Both the position numbers and the translations under genes were made by a program. A stretch of DNA of 64,000 nucleotides from an uncultured delta proteobacterium (GTDB lineage Bacteria; Myxococcota_A; Polyangia; Haliangiales; Haliangiaceae): NCBI GenBank assembly GCA_963774445.1, contig CAVZFC010000035.1, positions 197,470 through 261,469 on the forward strand, written 5' to 3'. Positions 1 to 9,553 of the stretch are shown here, piece by piece; within the stretch, counting starts at the first letter, position 1, and the number at the start of each line of letters is the position of its first letter. The notes below the pieces were generated by a model. The model was not told where the DNA came from. It did no database searches and saw only the letters and a list, made by a program, of their open reading frames with translations.

Positions 1-1230
1 GTCACCACCGCCGGCTGCGCCTTCGAGTACGACCTGCGCGAGGCGCTCTTCCCGCTCGGCAGCGTCATCCCGGGTGTGACCCTGCAGTTCCCCAGCACTA
101 CGTTCGAAGTGGGTTCGGCGCGCGTGCGCTCGAGCGAGCGAATGGGGCTGTTCCGGATCAAGTGCGGCATCGAGTTCCAGCCGCTGTCATCGTTGGAGCG
201 GGCCAAGATCTACGACGCCATCGTCCACTGCGACAAGCCCGGCATCCGCGACGGATCCGGTCGCTCATTCGACGAGCTCTGGGACTTCTTCCTGGACACC
301 GGGTTCCTCTATCCGGCCAAACTCGCGCAGCTCGACTGCGCCGCCGTTCGGTCGACCTACGAGGCGCTCCTCGCAAACCCCACACCGCTAGCCCAGTTCA
401 TCCTGTTCGAGGACGAGGGCAAGACATTCGGCCACGTGTCGGCGCTCCGTGCCTACAGCAAGACTTGCCTCGCCCAGCACCTCGCCGCGCGGCATGGCCT
501 CAACGGCGTGTCACTCGGACGGATGTTGACCATGGCGATGGTCCAGTTCCAAGAGTACCAGCCCGATATCGAGTGGATGAAGCTCTTCTATCGACCCAAC
601 AACCCCTGGCCGCGGTTCGTCTATGGGTCGTTTGCGCAGCGGGCGGCTGATTCGATCAGCGTCGACCACCGCACCTACGACTATCTCACCATGCCTCTGG
701 TCGCCGGTCTCGACGGAGTGCCCGGGCAGGTTCGCGCGATCGGACCGGAGGACGAGCCGGTGCTCGAGGCGTGGTTCATCGAGCACGGGCGAACTGCCCA
801 GATGCGGGCCGAGGACTTCGTCAGCGGGCGCATGGGCCTGCACGAGCTGGATCAGGAGTACGGCGCGCTGGGGTTGCACCGTCGCCGAGAGATCCTCGTG
901 TACGAGGAGCACGGCCGCCAGCGAGGTTTTGCCGCCCTCGAGCTGTCGAGCATCGGTCTCAACCTCAGCGAGCTGACCAACGCGTTTCGCCTGTTCCTGT
1001 TCGACGACGATCCCGAGGTCGTGGACGGGCTGGTGGCCGCGGCGGTCGCTCGCTACGCGGCATTGGGCGCGACCCGCTGCGTCGCCCTGGCCGAAGGGGC
1101 GCTATCGGGCCAGCTGCAGCGGTTGGGATTCACACGTGAGAAAGAGTACGCGGCTCTGATTTGGCACCGTTCGTCCTATGGACACTACTCGGAGCATGTC
1201 CACCGGGTGACGGCAGCGGAGTACGTATGA
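1..1230 (+). CDS. PilZ-domain protein with a C-terminal GNAT-like region (5' end lies outside the window)
   Basis: The frame is open from base 1 with no stop. The N-terminal part (…GVTLQFPSTTFEVGSARVRSSERMGLFRIKCGIEF…) looks like a PilZ c-di-GMP-binding fold. Stop at 1228-1230. Confidence 0.5.
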   Translation, partial: VTTAGCAFEYDLREALFPLGSVIPGVTLQFPSTTFEVGSARVRSSERMGLFRIKCGIEFQPLSSLERAKIYDAIVHCDKPGIRDGSGRSFDELWDFFLDTGFLYPAKLAQLDCAAVRSTYEALLANPTPLAQFILFEDEGKTFGHVSALRAYSKTCLAQHLAARHGLNGVSLGRMLTMAMVQFQEYQPDIEWMKLFYRPNNPWPRFVYGSFAQRAADSISVDHRTYDYLTMPLVAGLDGVPGQVRAIGPEDEPVLEAWFIEHGRTAQMRAEDFVSGRMGLHELDQEYGALGLHRRREILVYEEHGRQRGFAALELSSIGLNLSELTNAFRLFLFDDDPEVVDGLVAAAVARYAALGATRCVALAEGALSGQLQRLGFTREKEYAALIWHRSSYGHYSEHVHRVTAAEYV

Positions 1231-2021
1231 AAAGCCAATACCTGATGGAGAGCGCACTCGAAGCGGAGCGACTCGAGGAGAAGACCGATGCGGATGAGAC
1301 CCGACGCCAGCTCCTGCGCATCGGGCTCGAGCCCGGGCACGTCGTGCTCGATGCCGGAGGCGGGACCGGAGCGGTCGCCCGGGTCATGGCCGAGCTCGTC
1401 GGTCCGACGGGCCGAGCCGTCTGCCTCGACCGCTCGGTAGAGCGTCTGGCGGTAGGGGAAATCCTCGCCGAACGCGAGGGTCTGAAGAACCTGACCTTCG
1501 TGGCCGGCGACGTTACCGACCCACCGTTCGAACCGGTCTTCGATGTCGTCTGGGCGCGGTTCGTGGTCGAGTATCTTCCGGATCCGGTGGCGGCGATTCG
1601 TGCGTTGGCGGGAGTGCTCCGTCCGGGCGGCAAAGTGGTCGTCGGGGATGTCGACGGGCACGGCCTGTTTCTCAGCCCGATGACCGACACGTTGCAGGAC
1701 GGACTCGAGCGGTTGTTTCAAGGGCTTCGCGGTCGCTTCGATCCGTTCACCGGGCGCAAGCTGTTCGGTTACCTGCACGAGGCCGGGCTCGAGCAAGTGA
1801 AGGTTCACGTCATTCCGTACCACTTGTATGATGGCACTGCTCCGGAGGGTGACATGTCCAACTGGACGACAAAGTTTGACGTGGTGCGCGCCGCAGTACT
1901 GTCGCACTTTCCCAGCCCGCAGGCGTACGATGATTTCGTGGCGGAATACCTCGCGCACATGCGGTCGTCCGAGACGTTCCTCTACAGCTGTTTGATCCTC
2001 GCCGAGGGTAGGACACGGTGA
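1227..2021 (+). CDS. class I SAM-dependent methyltransferase
   Basis: Motif I VLDAGGGTGAVA and VLRPGGKVVV are present. ATG at 1227 overlaps the upstream stop (ATGA); the 3' end overlaps the next start by 4 nt. Confidence 0.8.
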   Translation: MKSQYLMESALEAERLEEKTDADETRRQLLRIGLEPGHVVLDAGGGTGAVARVMAELVGPTGRAVCLDRSVERLAVGEILAEREGLKNLTFVAGDVTDPPFEPVFDVVWARFVVEYLPDPVAAIRALAGVLRPGGKVVVGDVDGHGLFLSPMTDTLQDGLERLFQGLRGRFDPFTGRKLFGYLHEAGLEQVKVHVIPYHLYDGTAPEGDMSNWTTKFDVVRAAVLSHFPSPQAYDDFVAEYLAHMRSSETFLYSCLILAEGRTR

Positions 2022-4684
2022 ATCTGGGAGAGCGCTTCGGCCTTGGTAGCAGCAACACCGTCGTCGCAGCGACTTTTCAGGAACATGCTCGGCAGAAGAA
2101 TCTGGCGGCGGCGCGGATCCTCTGTGTCCTGATCGCGGTCCTGGTGCCGTCGGGCTTCTTGCTCGACCTCGTGGTGGCGCCCGAGCACATCGGGCAGTTC
2201 ATGGTCTACCGGCTGGTCAGCTCGGCCGCCGCCTTGTTTGGCCTGTGGCTATCGTTTCGTCCGTGGGCAGCGCGTCACGTATTTTGGGTTGGGTTCTTTC
2301 CCGCTCTGGCAGCGGCCATAGCGCTCGAGCTCATGATCATCGCGCTGGGCGCCCACTCGTCCACCTACTACGGCGGGCTGACGCAGTTGATCCTCGCCGT
2401 GGCCATCCTGGTCTACTGGCGCGTTCGGGACATCGGGCTCGCTGCTGTCATCTTCCTCGGCATCTGGCTGGTTCCCGCGCTCAGCGAGTGGGGCAACATC
2501 CACTGGCCGATCTTCCTCAACAACCTCTACGCCCTTGCGATCTTCCTCACGATCGCAGTTGCCGGATCGTGGACGCGCCGACGTTCACTCGCGCGCGAGT
2601 ACACCGCCCAGGCAGCCCTGGCCAAGACCACGGACGAGCTGTCCTCGGCGTTGTCGCAGCTGCGGGAGCTCGACGAGGCCAAGAACCGCTTCTTCGCGAA
2701 CGTTAGCCACGAGCTGCGCACTCCGATCACGCTGATCCTGGCACCGCTGGATGAAGCGCTCGCGGCCGACGCTGACGAGCTCGATCCGGCGGCGCGGGCT
2801 CAGCTGCACATGGCGCAGCGCAATGCCTTGAAGCTGTTGCGCCTGGTGGACGACATCCTCGAGCTGACCCGGCTCGAGTCCACGTCGGTGCGCCTGCGCG
2901 CCGAACCGATGGACCTGAGCAAGATGGCGATCGATCTGGCCGATCGAACGCGAGCCCTGGGGAAGCGCAAGGATGTGGAGGTTCGTGTCAACGTACCGGA
3001 AGGCGACTTCGGGATCGTTGCCGATTCCACGCAAATCGAGAAGGCTGTGCTCAACCTCCTGGCAAACGCGCTCAAGTTCACGGACGAAGGGACGGTCGTG
3101 GTGGGCGTTGCCGAGGCGGGCGACGAGGTGGAGATCTACGTCCGCGACTCCGGCATCGGCATCCCCGAGGATCAGTTGACGGCTGTTTTCGAGCGCTTCC
3201 GTCAGGTCGAGGACGGCAGTACTCGCCGCCACTCGGGGACAGGCATCGGCTTGGCGCTCGCCAAGGAAATGGTCGCGCTGCACGGCGGGCGGATCGTAGC
3301 CGAGAGTGAGGCCGGACGCGGCACCACGATGCGTGTGTGGCTGCCGCGCAAGGCTCGGATTCCCGGCCACGCCCTCGAGAGGCGAGCCCGCGAAGTGGTT
3401 GCCGACCGCGAGCGGCGCGAGCAGCGAGGCCTTCCCGAGTGGCACGCCGAATTGCGGGCGCGCGACGACTACAAGCTGCTCCACGTCGACGCTGCGACGG
3501 AGCGGCGAATCGTCGCCAGGCCGGAACGGGCTCCAAACCATGCCGCACGGGTCCTGGTCGTCGAGGACAACCCCGACATGATCCAGCTCATCGTTGGCTT
3601 GCTATCGTCCGACTACGAGGTCCTCGCCGCGACCGACGGCGAGCAGGGCCTCGCGCTCGCCAAGAAGAAGCTTCCGGATCTCGTCGTGTCAGACGTGATG
3701 ATGCCCAAGATGAACGGCTTCGAGCTCGTGCGTGCGTTGCGGGAGGATCCGAACACCAAACATATCCCCACGGTGCTTTTGACCGCCCGCGGTCAGGTCG
3801 AAGATCGAATCGAGGGACGCGAAGGCGGGGCGGATGCTCACCTGACCAAACCGTTTCGACCGGAGGAGTTGCGCGCAACCGTGCGCGATCTCCTGAAGAA
3901 GCAAGGGCAGATGCTCGACTCGTCGCGCGACGAGCGCGACGCGGCCATGCGCATCCTGTCCGAGGGGGTGGCGCACGAGATCCTCAACCCGCTTGGCTTC
4001 GTGCGCAATGCCTTCTACGCGCTGCGCGACGCGGTAGAGGATCTCCGCGAGCAGGTCCCGCGGAGTGGAAGCGCGGAAGAGGCGGAGCTGGACCAACGAA
4101 TCGAGCACCTCTACCAGGCCGGACAGGAGGGGATCGTGCGTACGCGGACCGCGGTCGACGATTTGCGCCGATTCGGCAAGGGTTCGGCCTTGCCTCCCAC
4201 CGTGCTCGACACCAACGACGTGGTTGCCCAGGTGGTTTCCGTGGTCAGTGCCCGCAGAGGAATGAAGGTCACCATGGAGCTGGAAGCCTCGACGCCTGCG
4301 TACGTTCCACCGGGGCAGATCGAAAAGATCCTCCTCAATCTGATCAAGAACGCGGGTCAGGCCGTGGAGGGCGATGCCGAGATCACCGTGCGGACGTGGA
4401 ACGCCGACGGTGGCGTTTGCCTGTCCGTCGCGGACCGCGGACCGGGCATCTCGCGGGACGACCTCGAGAAGATCTTCCACCCGTACTACACGACCAAGGA
4501 TCCGGATCAGGGGTCCGGCCTCGGTCTAGCACTCTGTCGCCAGATGGCTCGCGACATGGGTGGTCGTCTCGACGTCGACAGCGAGGTTGGCGTCGGCACC
4601 ACTTTCACGCTGTGGGTCCGCTGTCCGACGACCGAGGAGGCCAGTTACGCCACCGCGCGAATAGGCGCCGGAGACCCGCACTAG
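2018..4684 (+). CDS. hybrid sensor histidine kinase: polytopic membrane sensor, HisKA+HATPase, receiver, then a second HisKA-like+HATPase
   Basis: About 5-6 TM helices sit at the N-terminus. Features are an H-box FFANVSHELRTPIT, G-boxes GTGIGLALAKEMV, a REC domain (VLVVEDNPDMIQL…VVSDVMMPKMNGFEL), and a second H-box VAHEILNPLGF with a second ATPase GSGLGLALCRQMA. Confidence 0.85.
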   Translation: MNLGERFGLGSSNTVVAATFQEHARQKNLAAARILCVLIAVLVPSGFLLDLVVAPEHIGQFMVYRLVSSAAALFGLWLSFRPWAARHVFWVGFFPALAAAIALELMIIALGAHSSTYYGGLTQLILAVAILVYWRVRDIGLAAVIFLGIWLVPALSEWGNIHWPIFLNNLYALAIFLTIAVAGSWTRRRSLAREYTAQAALAKTTDELSSALSQLRELDEAKNRFFANVSHELRTPITLILAPLDEALAADADELDPAARAQLHMAQRNALKLLRLVDDILELTRLESTSVRLRAEPMDLSKMAIDLADRTRALGKRKDVEVRVNVPEGDFGIVADSTQIEKAVLNLLANALKFTDEGTVVVGVAEAGDEVEIYVRDSGIGIPEDQLTAVFERFRQVEDGSTRRHSGTGIGLALAKEMVALHGGRIVAESEAGRGTTMRVWLPRKARIPGHALERRAREVVADRERREQRGLPEWHAELRARDDYKLLHVDAATERRIVARPERAPNHAARVLVVEDNPDMIQLIVGLLSSDYEVLAATDGEQGLALAKKKLPDLVVSDVMMPKMNGFELVRALREDPNTKHIPTVLLTARGQVEDRIEGREGGADAHLTKPFRPEELRATVRDLLKKQGQMLDSSRDERDAAMRILSEGVAHEILNPLGFVRNAFYALRDAVEDLREQVPRSGSAEEAELDQRIEHLYQAGQEGIVRTRTAVDDLRRFGKGSALPPTVLDTNDVVAQVVSVVSARRGMKVTMELEASTPAYVPPGQIEKILLNLIKNAGQAVEGDAEITVRTWNADGGVCLSVADRGPGISRDDLEKIFHPYYTTKDPDQGSGLGLALCRQMARDMGGRLDVDSEVGVGTTFTLWVRCPTTEEASYATARIGAGDPH

Positions 4685-4775
4685 ACTGGCTCCACGGCTG
4701 AAGCTCTTCGCCTCAATCCGAGGCTGCGAACGGCGCGAGCACGCTGGCGAGGTACTCGACCAGCCTACCAGACGC

Positions 4776-5870
4776 CTACGGCAGGCTGTCGAGGATTGCA
4801 GCGGGCGCGCGTATCGGCAGCCGGATCGTGAAGGTCGTGCGACCGGGCTCGCTCTCGCAGCCGATCGTGCCGTGGTGGCCCTCGACGACGGTCTTGCAGA
4901 TTGCCAGGCCGAAGCCGGAGCCGCCGCTGCGGGCTTTGGTCGAGAACATCGGGTCGAAGATGTTGTCGCGAATCTCGGGGGCGATGCCGTGACCATCGTC
5001 CTCGACCTGCAGCTGGAGCATCTCCCCTGTGACCCGGTGCAGCCGGACGACGATCTGACCATCGTCAGCCGTCGCTTCGCGGGCATTGCGCAGGAGGTTG
5101 CCGACCATCCGATCGCAGCGGCTGCGCGACACCGGGATCTCGGGCAGGCCGTCCGAGAGCTCCATGGTGATGGTGCGTCCGCCCATGTTGGGATCGTGCC
5201 GGGCGAGTGAGATCGCGGAGCGAACGATCTCCTCCATGCTGAACATCGACAGCTCGTAGCGGGGAGGGCGGCCGCGCGCGATGGCCAGGAGCTCCTCGAC
5301 GAGGTCGCCGATGTTGTGCTCCACCTTGCGCAGCCGCTGAGCCAGCTCTTTGACACCGTCCGGGTCGGCCTCTTCCAGCAGGTCCGGGGTCGTCCGCAGG
5401 ACCACCATGTAGTTGCGCAGGTCGTGAATGACCGAGCCGACCAGGCTGCCGATCAGCGCCATCCCCTGGGCTCTGGACAGATCCAGGCGAGCCTGGCGGT
5501 GCTCGATCGCCCGCTGCAGATCCAGCTGAAGCTGCTCGGGATCCACGGGCTTGGCGATGAACCGGTAGACGCGAGCCTGGTTGATCGCCCGTCCGAGCAC
5601 TCCCGTGTCGCCGTACGCCGTGACCAGGAGGCGCATGCACTCCGGTTGGATCTTCTGCAGCTCGGCGAGGAAATCGATGCCGGTCATCTCCGGCATCCGG
5701 TAGTCGGCCATCGCCACGGCAAACGTCTGCGTGCGCGCCATCTCGAGCGCGCGGGTCGGAGACGTTGCCGTATGCACGTCGTACTTGCGCTTGAGGATCA
5801 GCGCAAGCAGATCGCAGTGTTCGCGTTCGTCGTCTACGACGAGAACAGATGGGCGCCCGGGTAAGCTCAT
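4776..5870 (-). CDS. response-regulator receiver fused to a histidine kinase core (REC-HisKA-HATPase)
   Basis: N-terminal REC (VLVVDDEREHCDL…ADYRMPEMTGIDFL), then the H-box region SVIHDLRNYM and the ATPase GSGFGLAICKTVV. Start taken at MSLPGRP (alternative upstream start at 5915). Confidence 0.85.
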   Translation of the reverse strand: MSLPGRPSVLVVDDEREHCDLLALILKRKYDVHTATSPTRALEMARTQTFAVAMADYRMPEMTGIDFLAELQKIQPECMRLLVTAYGDTGVLGRAINQARVYRFIAKPVDPEQLQLDLQRAIEHRQARLDLSRAQGMALIGSLVGSVIHDLRNYMVVLRTTPDLLEEADPDGVKELAQRLRKVEHNIGDLVEELLAIARGRPPRYELSMFSMEEIVRSAISLARHDPNMGGRTITMELSDGLPEIPVSRSRCDRMVGNLLRNAREATADDGQIVVRLHRVTGEMLQLQVEDDGHGIAPEIRDNIFDPMFSTKARSGGSGFGLAICKTVVEGHHGTIGCESEPGRTTFTIRLPIRAPAAILDSLP

Positions 5871-5997
5871 CGCACTCGGCACCAGAAGGACCCCATTGTA
5901 ACACGCCGGTCCCAATATCTCCCGCGACGGGACAGCAAAGAAATCAGTGGAAAAATCTGCTCACGACGGATGGTTCTTCCGCCGGCAACCCTGCGCG

Positions 5998-7626
5998 TTA
6001 GTCGGCCTTCGCCCCGGCCTGCCACTCACATTCGCAGGCCGCGAGCGCGGCGGTCAGCTCCGCGGCGCTGGCGAAGCGCTCGGCCGGATCCTTGGCCATC
6101 GCGCGCAGGACCACGGCTTCGACGTCATCCGGGAGCGGTTGGCCGACGACATAGTGTGGCGCGGCTAGCGGACGGTTGACGTGGGCGTTCATCACCTCGG
6201 CGGCACTGGCGCCGTCGAAGGGAGGCCTCCCGGTCAGCAGGAAGTACATTACCGCGCCAAAGGAGTAGACGTCGGTCCGGGCGTCCACCGGCTTGCCCAA
6301 CACCAGCTCCGGGGACATGTAATCGGGAGTGCCTCCCAGCCAGCCGGTATCGGTCAGGGTTTGGCCGGTAGAACCATCGGCGATCTTGGCGATGCCGAAG
6401 TCGAGCACCTTGAGAAAGTCGCGCTCGCCGCCGGCCCTGGTGACGAACAGGTTGGCCGGCTTGATGTCGCGGTGGATGATGCCGGTGGCGTGGGCCTCTG
6501 ACAACGCGCGCGCCGCCTGGGTCATCAGGTAGACGACGCGTTCTGGCGGCAGCGGGCCCACACGTTTCACCAGCGACCGCAGGTCCTCGCCGTCGAGGAG
6601 CTCCATCGCGTAGTACCAGAGGCCGTCGGCGGTCACCCCGTGATCGAAGACACGCACTGTATGCGGGTGGGTGAGCCTGACGGTCGCCGCCACCTCGCGC
6701 TCGAAGCGCGCGATACCGAGTTTTTTCCCGGAGCGGTCCGAACGCAGGATCTTGAGCGCCACGTCGCGCTTGAGTCCGGCGTGGTGGGCTCGCCAGACTT
6801 CGCCCATGCCGCCGGCGCCGATCCGCTTCTTCAAGCGGTACCGGCCGAGGTTTCGCGAGGCGTAGAGCTGCCGGCGGAGTGCCCACACCGCGTGGCTGCC
6901 GACGATGATCAGCAACAACGCGCTCGCGACGAAGATGACGTTGAGCCCGAACAGGGCCACCTGCCGGGTGTCGTGTAGCTGCGCCGCGATGGCTTGGTCC
7001 AGCGGCGCGAGGGCAAGCAGGATGCCGGGATAGAGCGCGGCGGGAAGGCCGAAGTAGAGCAGCCCGGCCCGCCAGTTGGTCGGCATTGCGGCGGCACGAC
7101 AGACGAGCACCAGCACGACACCCGCGTAGTACGGGCTGGTGATGCCACCGAACTCGACGCACATCAGCGTGATCATCGCGGCCACCAGGCTGAAGACGCC
7201 TAGGTCGAGCACCCGCAGCAGTCGCGGCGAAATCATCGGCTGCTTGAACGTGGTCAGGAAGGCGCCGCCCAGGCCGAGCGCGATCACGGCGCGCAGCTCC
7301 AGATAACGTTGCAGTCGGCCCCCGTCGATGTAGGTCACGACGAGCCAGTTGACCGCCACGAACAGCACGCAGACAATCAGCCCGCCGCCCGTCGCGAAGC
7401 GGAGCCGGGCCAGGTTCGTGCGGTGATCCTCATCGGCGATCGATGGTCCGACGTCGGCCGCCTGAAGCTCTGCGACCGACGCGGTCGGCGACAGCGAATC
7501 GGTGATCTGCGGCCGCGCGGCCGCGGCGGATTTCGTCGCCTCCGGAGCGCCGATGCGCGGCAGGGGCTGCGCCGCCGGCACCGCATCGGTTGCGACGTCA
7601 TCCGGCCGGTCGCGTTGCGGCGACAT
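5998..7626 (-). CDS. Ser/Thr protein kinase with an N-terminal polytopic membrane domain
   Basis: About 6 predicted TM helices are followed by a Hanks kinase domain (GAGGMGEVWRA, VALK, HRDIKPANLF, DFG, SPE). ATG at 7626 is preferred; TTG at 7656 is an alternative. Confidence 0.85.
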   Translation of the reverse strand: MSPQRDRPDDVATDAVPAAQPLPRIGAPEATKSAAAARPQITDSLSPTASVAELQAADVGPSIADEDHRTNLARLRFATGGGLIVCVLFVAVNWLVVTYIDGGRLQRYLELRAVIALGLGGAFLTTFKQPMISPRLLRVLDLGVFSLVAAMITLMCVEFGGITSPYYAGVVLVLVCRAAAMPTNWRAGLLYFGLPAALYPGILLALAPLDQAIAAQLHDTRQVALFGLNVIFVASALLLIIVGSHAVWALRRQLYASRNLGRYRLKKRIGAGGMGEVWRAHHAGLKRDVALKILRSDRSGKKLGIARFEREVAATVRLTHPHTVRVFDHGVTADGLWYYAMELLDGEDLRSLVKRVGPLPPERVVYLMTQAARALSEAHATGIIHRDIKPANLFVTRAGGERDFLKVLDFGIAKIADGSTGQTLTDTGWLGGTPDYMSPELVLGKPVDARTDVYSFGAVMYFLLTGRPPFDGASAAEVMNAHVNRPLAAPHYVVGQPLPDDVEAVVLRAMAKDPAERFASAAELTAALAACECEWQAGAKAD

Positions 7627-7844
7627 GCGCAGCGGCTCGATATCGGGTGCCGTCAACGTGGACGTGACGGGCTCGGGGGATCCTGCTCTTTCTCTGCCAA
7701 TCTGGCGCGCAGTCTACAGCGCCGCTCGAGCTCGCGGTCGGGCGCTTCCAGTCCGCCATCGCTACTGTTGTCGGGGCCACCTCGCGAGTGGCCGTTGGGG
7801 CTGGCCCGGTGAATGCATCGTTTTTTTGGCAAGGGGGCAAACAG

Positions 7845-8033
7845 ATGCAAGGAACCCACGTAGTGCACGCGAGTCTGGGCGATCTCGTGACGGCAGCATT
7901 CGATGCGGCGGCCGAGCTGACGCAAAATCCGGAGTTGGCCGCAGAGCTGGCTACGTGGGTCGTAGCGCAGGCGATCGTCGAATCCGGGGAGTACGAGGTG
8001 GTCGACGATCTGGACGCCGGGCTGGTCCACTAG
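7845..8033 (+). CDS. small hypothetical protein (62 aa)
   Basis: A short ORF MQGTHVVHASLGDLV… with an AAGGGGG RBS-like run upstream; no homology recognised. Confidence 0.3.
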   Translation: MQGTHVVHASLGDLVTAAFDAAAELTQNPELAAELATWVVAQAIVESGEYEVVDDLDAGLVH

Positions 8034-8062
8034 CTGGCCCGGCGGGGACCCGGCGGCGGCGA

Positions 8063-9553
8063 TCAGGGCCGCGTGCTTTTTTGCCGCGCTGGGGAATCGT
8101 GCCTCACTCCCGCGGCGACGACCTCATCGACGAGCAGGTCCGCCTGTTCCAAATCGGCACGGGGGCCGATGTAGCACGGGCGAATGGCGAAGATGTTCCG
8201 CACGCGTGTGGTCGATGGGACGGCCAGGCCGCGGGCGCGGATGTCGGCGACGATCGCCTGGTTGAGGCGCTCGAGGGTGCCCTGGTCGCGGATGGCCGGC
8301 GGGTGGTAGCGGAAGCAACAAATCGACAGCACGGGGTCGGCCAGGAGCTCGAGATCCGGATGCGCGCGGACGCGCTCGGCGACGCGGCGGGCGCAGTCGA
8401 GGTGGCGGGCGACGCGGGCGCGCATGCCGTCGGCCCCGATCTCGGCCAGCGCGGCCCAGACGGCGACGCCGCGCGACGGCGACGAGTGCTCGAGGGTGTG
8501 GTCGTGCGACGACTCGCCGAAGTGATCGAAGGTGGAGCGCGGCTCGCGTTCGGCGCCGCCCTCGACGTAGGCCGCCGGCTCCAGTGCCATCGCGCGCTCG
8601 AGCAGGCCGCCGTCGCGGACGAAGCCGGCGCCGCAGCCGACGGGGACGGCCAGCCACTTGTGCGGGTCAACGGCGAACGAATCGATCTTCGTCAGGTCGC
8701 CGTAGCGGTCGCGCACGCGTGGGTCGAGGACGCCGAAGCCGCCGTAGGCGCCGTCAACGTGCAGCCAGACCCCGCGGTCGTGGGCAATCACTCGCATGGC
8801 GTCGATCGGATCGATGGTGCCGGTGTTGACGTCACCAGCCGAGGCGACGACCGCGATCGGCGTGCGCCCTGCGGTGAGGTCGGCGTCGATGGCGGAGGCC
8901 AGGGCGTCGGTGTCCAGGCCGCGGCGCGGGTCGACGGGAACCCGCACCAGCGCCCTTCGCCCCAGACCGAGCAGGCCGAGCGAGCGCAGCATGACGTGGT
9001 GGACGTGGGCGCCGGCGTAGAGGCGCGGCTCGTTCATCGCCGCCACGCCGTCGGCGCTGGCATCGATGCCGCGCTGCTCGCCGGCGTGCTGGCGGGCGGC
9101 CGCGAGGCCGAGGAAGTTGGCCATCATGCCGCCGCTGACCAGGGCGCCGGCGGTGTCGCCGAGGCCCAGCAGCGATCGCAGCCAGCGCAGCGCGACCTCC
9201 TCGAGCAGGTTGCCCGGCGTGAGCCACCACTTTTGCGCCGACGAGATCGCGGCGGCGAGCTGCGCGACGGCGGGGACCACCGGCGGCGCGGTGGTGACCC
9301 AGCCGGAGAAGCCGGGGTTGCCCAGGCGCAGGCCGTAGGGAACGACCCACTCGGAAAGCAGGCGCAGCACGGCGTCGGCGCCAATGCCCTGGTCGGGCAG
9401 TGGGGTGTTCAGGCGCGCGCGCCACGCGTCGCGTTCGCCTACCCGGTCGGGGCCCTGCTGGGCGTCGGTGAACGCTTCGAGGGCGGGGGCGACGGCGTCG
9501 AGCGCGGCGGCGAGGCCGGCGATGCGGGCGCGTTCGCGGTGGTCCTGGTCCAT
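8063..9553 (-). CDS. PLP-dependent group II decarboxylase (aromatic-L-amino-acid/glutamate decarboxylase family)
   Basis: Fold type I motifs, including the PLP-lysine signature SFAVDPHKWLAVP and AMRVIAHDRGVWLHVDGAYGG. The N-terminus overlaps the upstream lipase ORF by ~115 nt, so the true start may be internal. Confidence 0.85.
   Translation of the reverse strand: MDQDHRERARIAGLAAALDAVAPALEAFTDAQQGPDRVGERDAWRARLNTPLPDQGIGADAVLRLLSEWVVPYGLRLGNPGFSGWVTTAPPVVPAVAQLAAAISSAQKWWLTPGNLLEEVALRWLRSLLGLGDTAGALVSGGMMANFLGLAAARQHAGEQRGIDASADGVAAMNEPRLYAGAHVHHVMLRSLGLLGLGRRALVRVPVDPRRGLDTDALASAIDADLTAGRTPIAVVASAGDVNTGTIDPIDAMRVIAHDRGVWLHVDGAYGGFGVLDPRVRDRYGDLTKIDSFAVDPHKWLAVPVGCGAGFVRDGGLLERAMALEPAAYVEGGAEREPRSTFDHFGESSHDHTLEHSSPSRGVAVWAALAEIGADGMRARVARHLDCARRVAERVRAHPDLELLADPVLSICCFRYHPPAIRDQGTLERLNQAIVADIRARGLAVPSTTRVRNIFAIRPCYIGPRADLEQADLLVDEVVAAGVRHDSPARQKSTRP

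Noticed and set aside
1975-2045. Apparent 1-nt discrepancy between my base-by-base reading of the printed sequence and the ORF track (extra c near 1980, missing g near 2040)
   Set aside because: This is probably a reading/format artefact on my side. All gene calls and frame-split calls were anchored on the ORF-track coordinates, not on single-base reading. Start codons that I read directly may be off by a base.
7790-7830. T7 run (tcgtttttttgg) considered as an intrinsic terminator
   Set aside because: There is no adequate upstream stem. No plus-strand gene ends upstream (the kinase is on the minus strand). It is more likely part of the divergent promoter for the small ORF at 7845.
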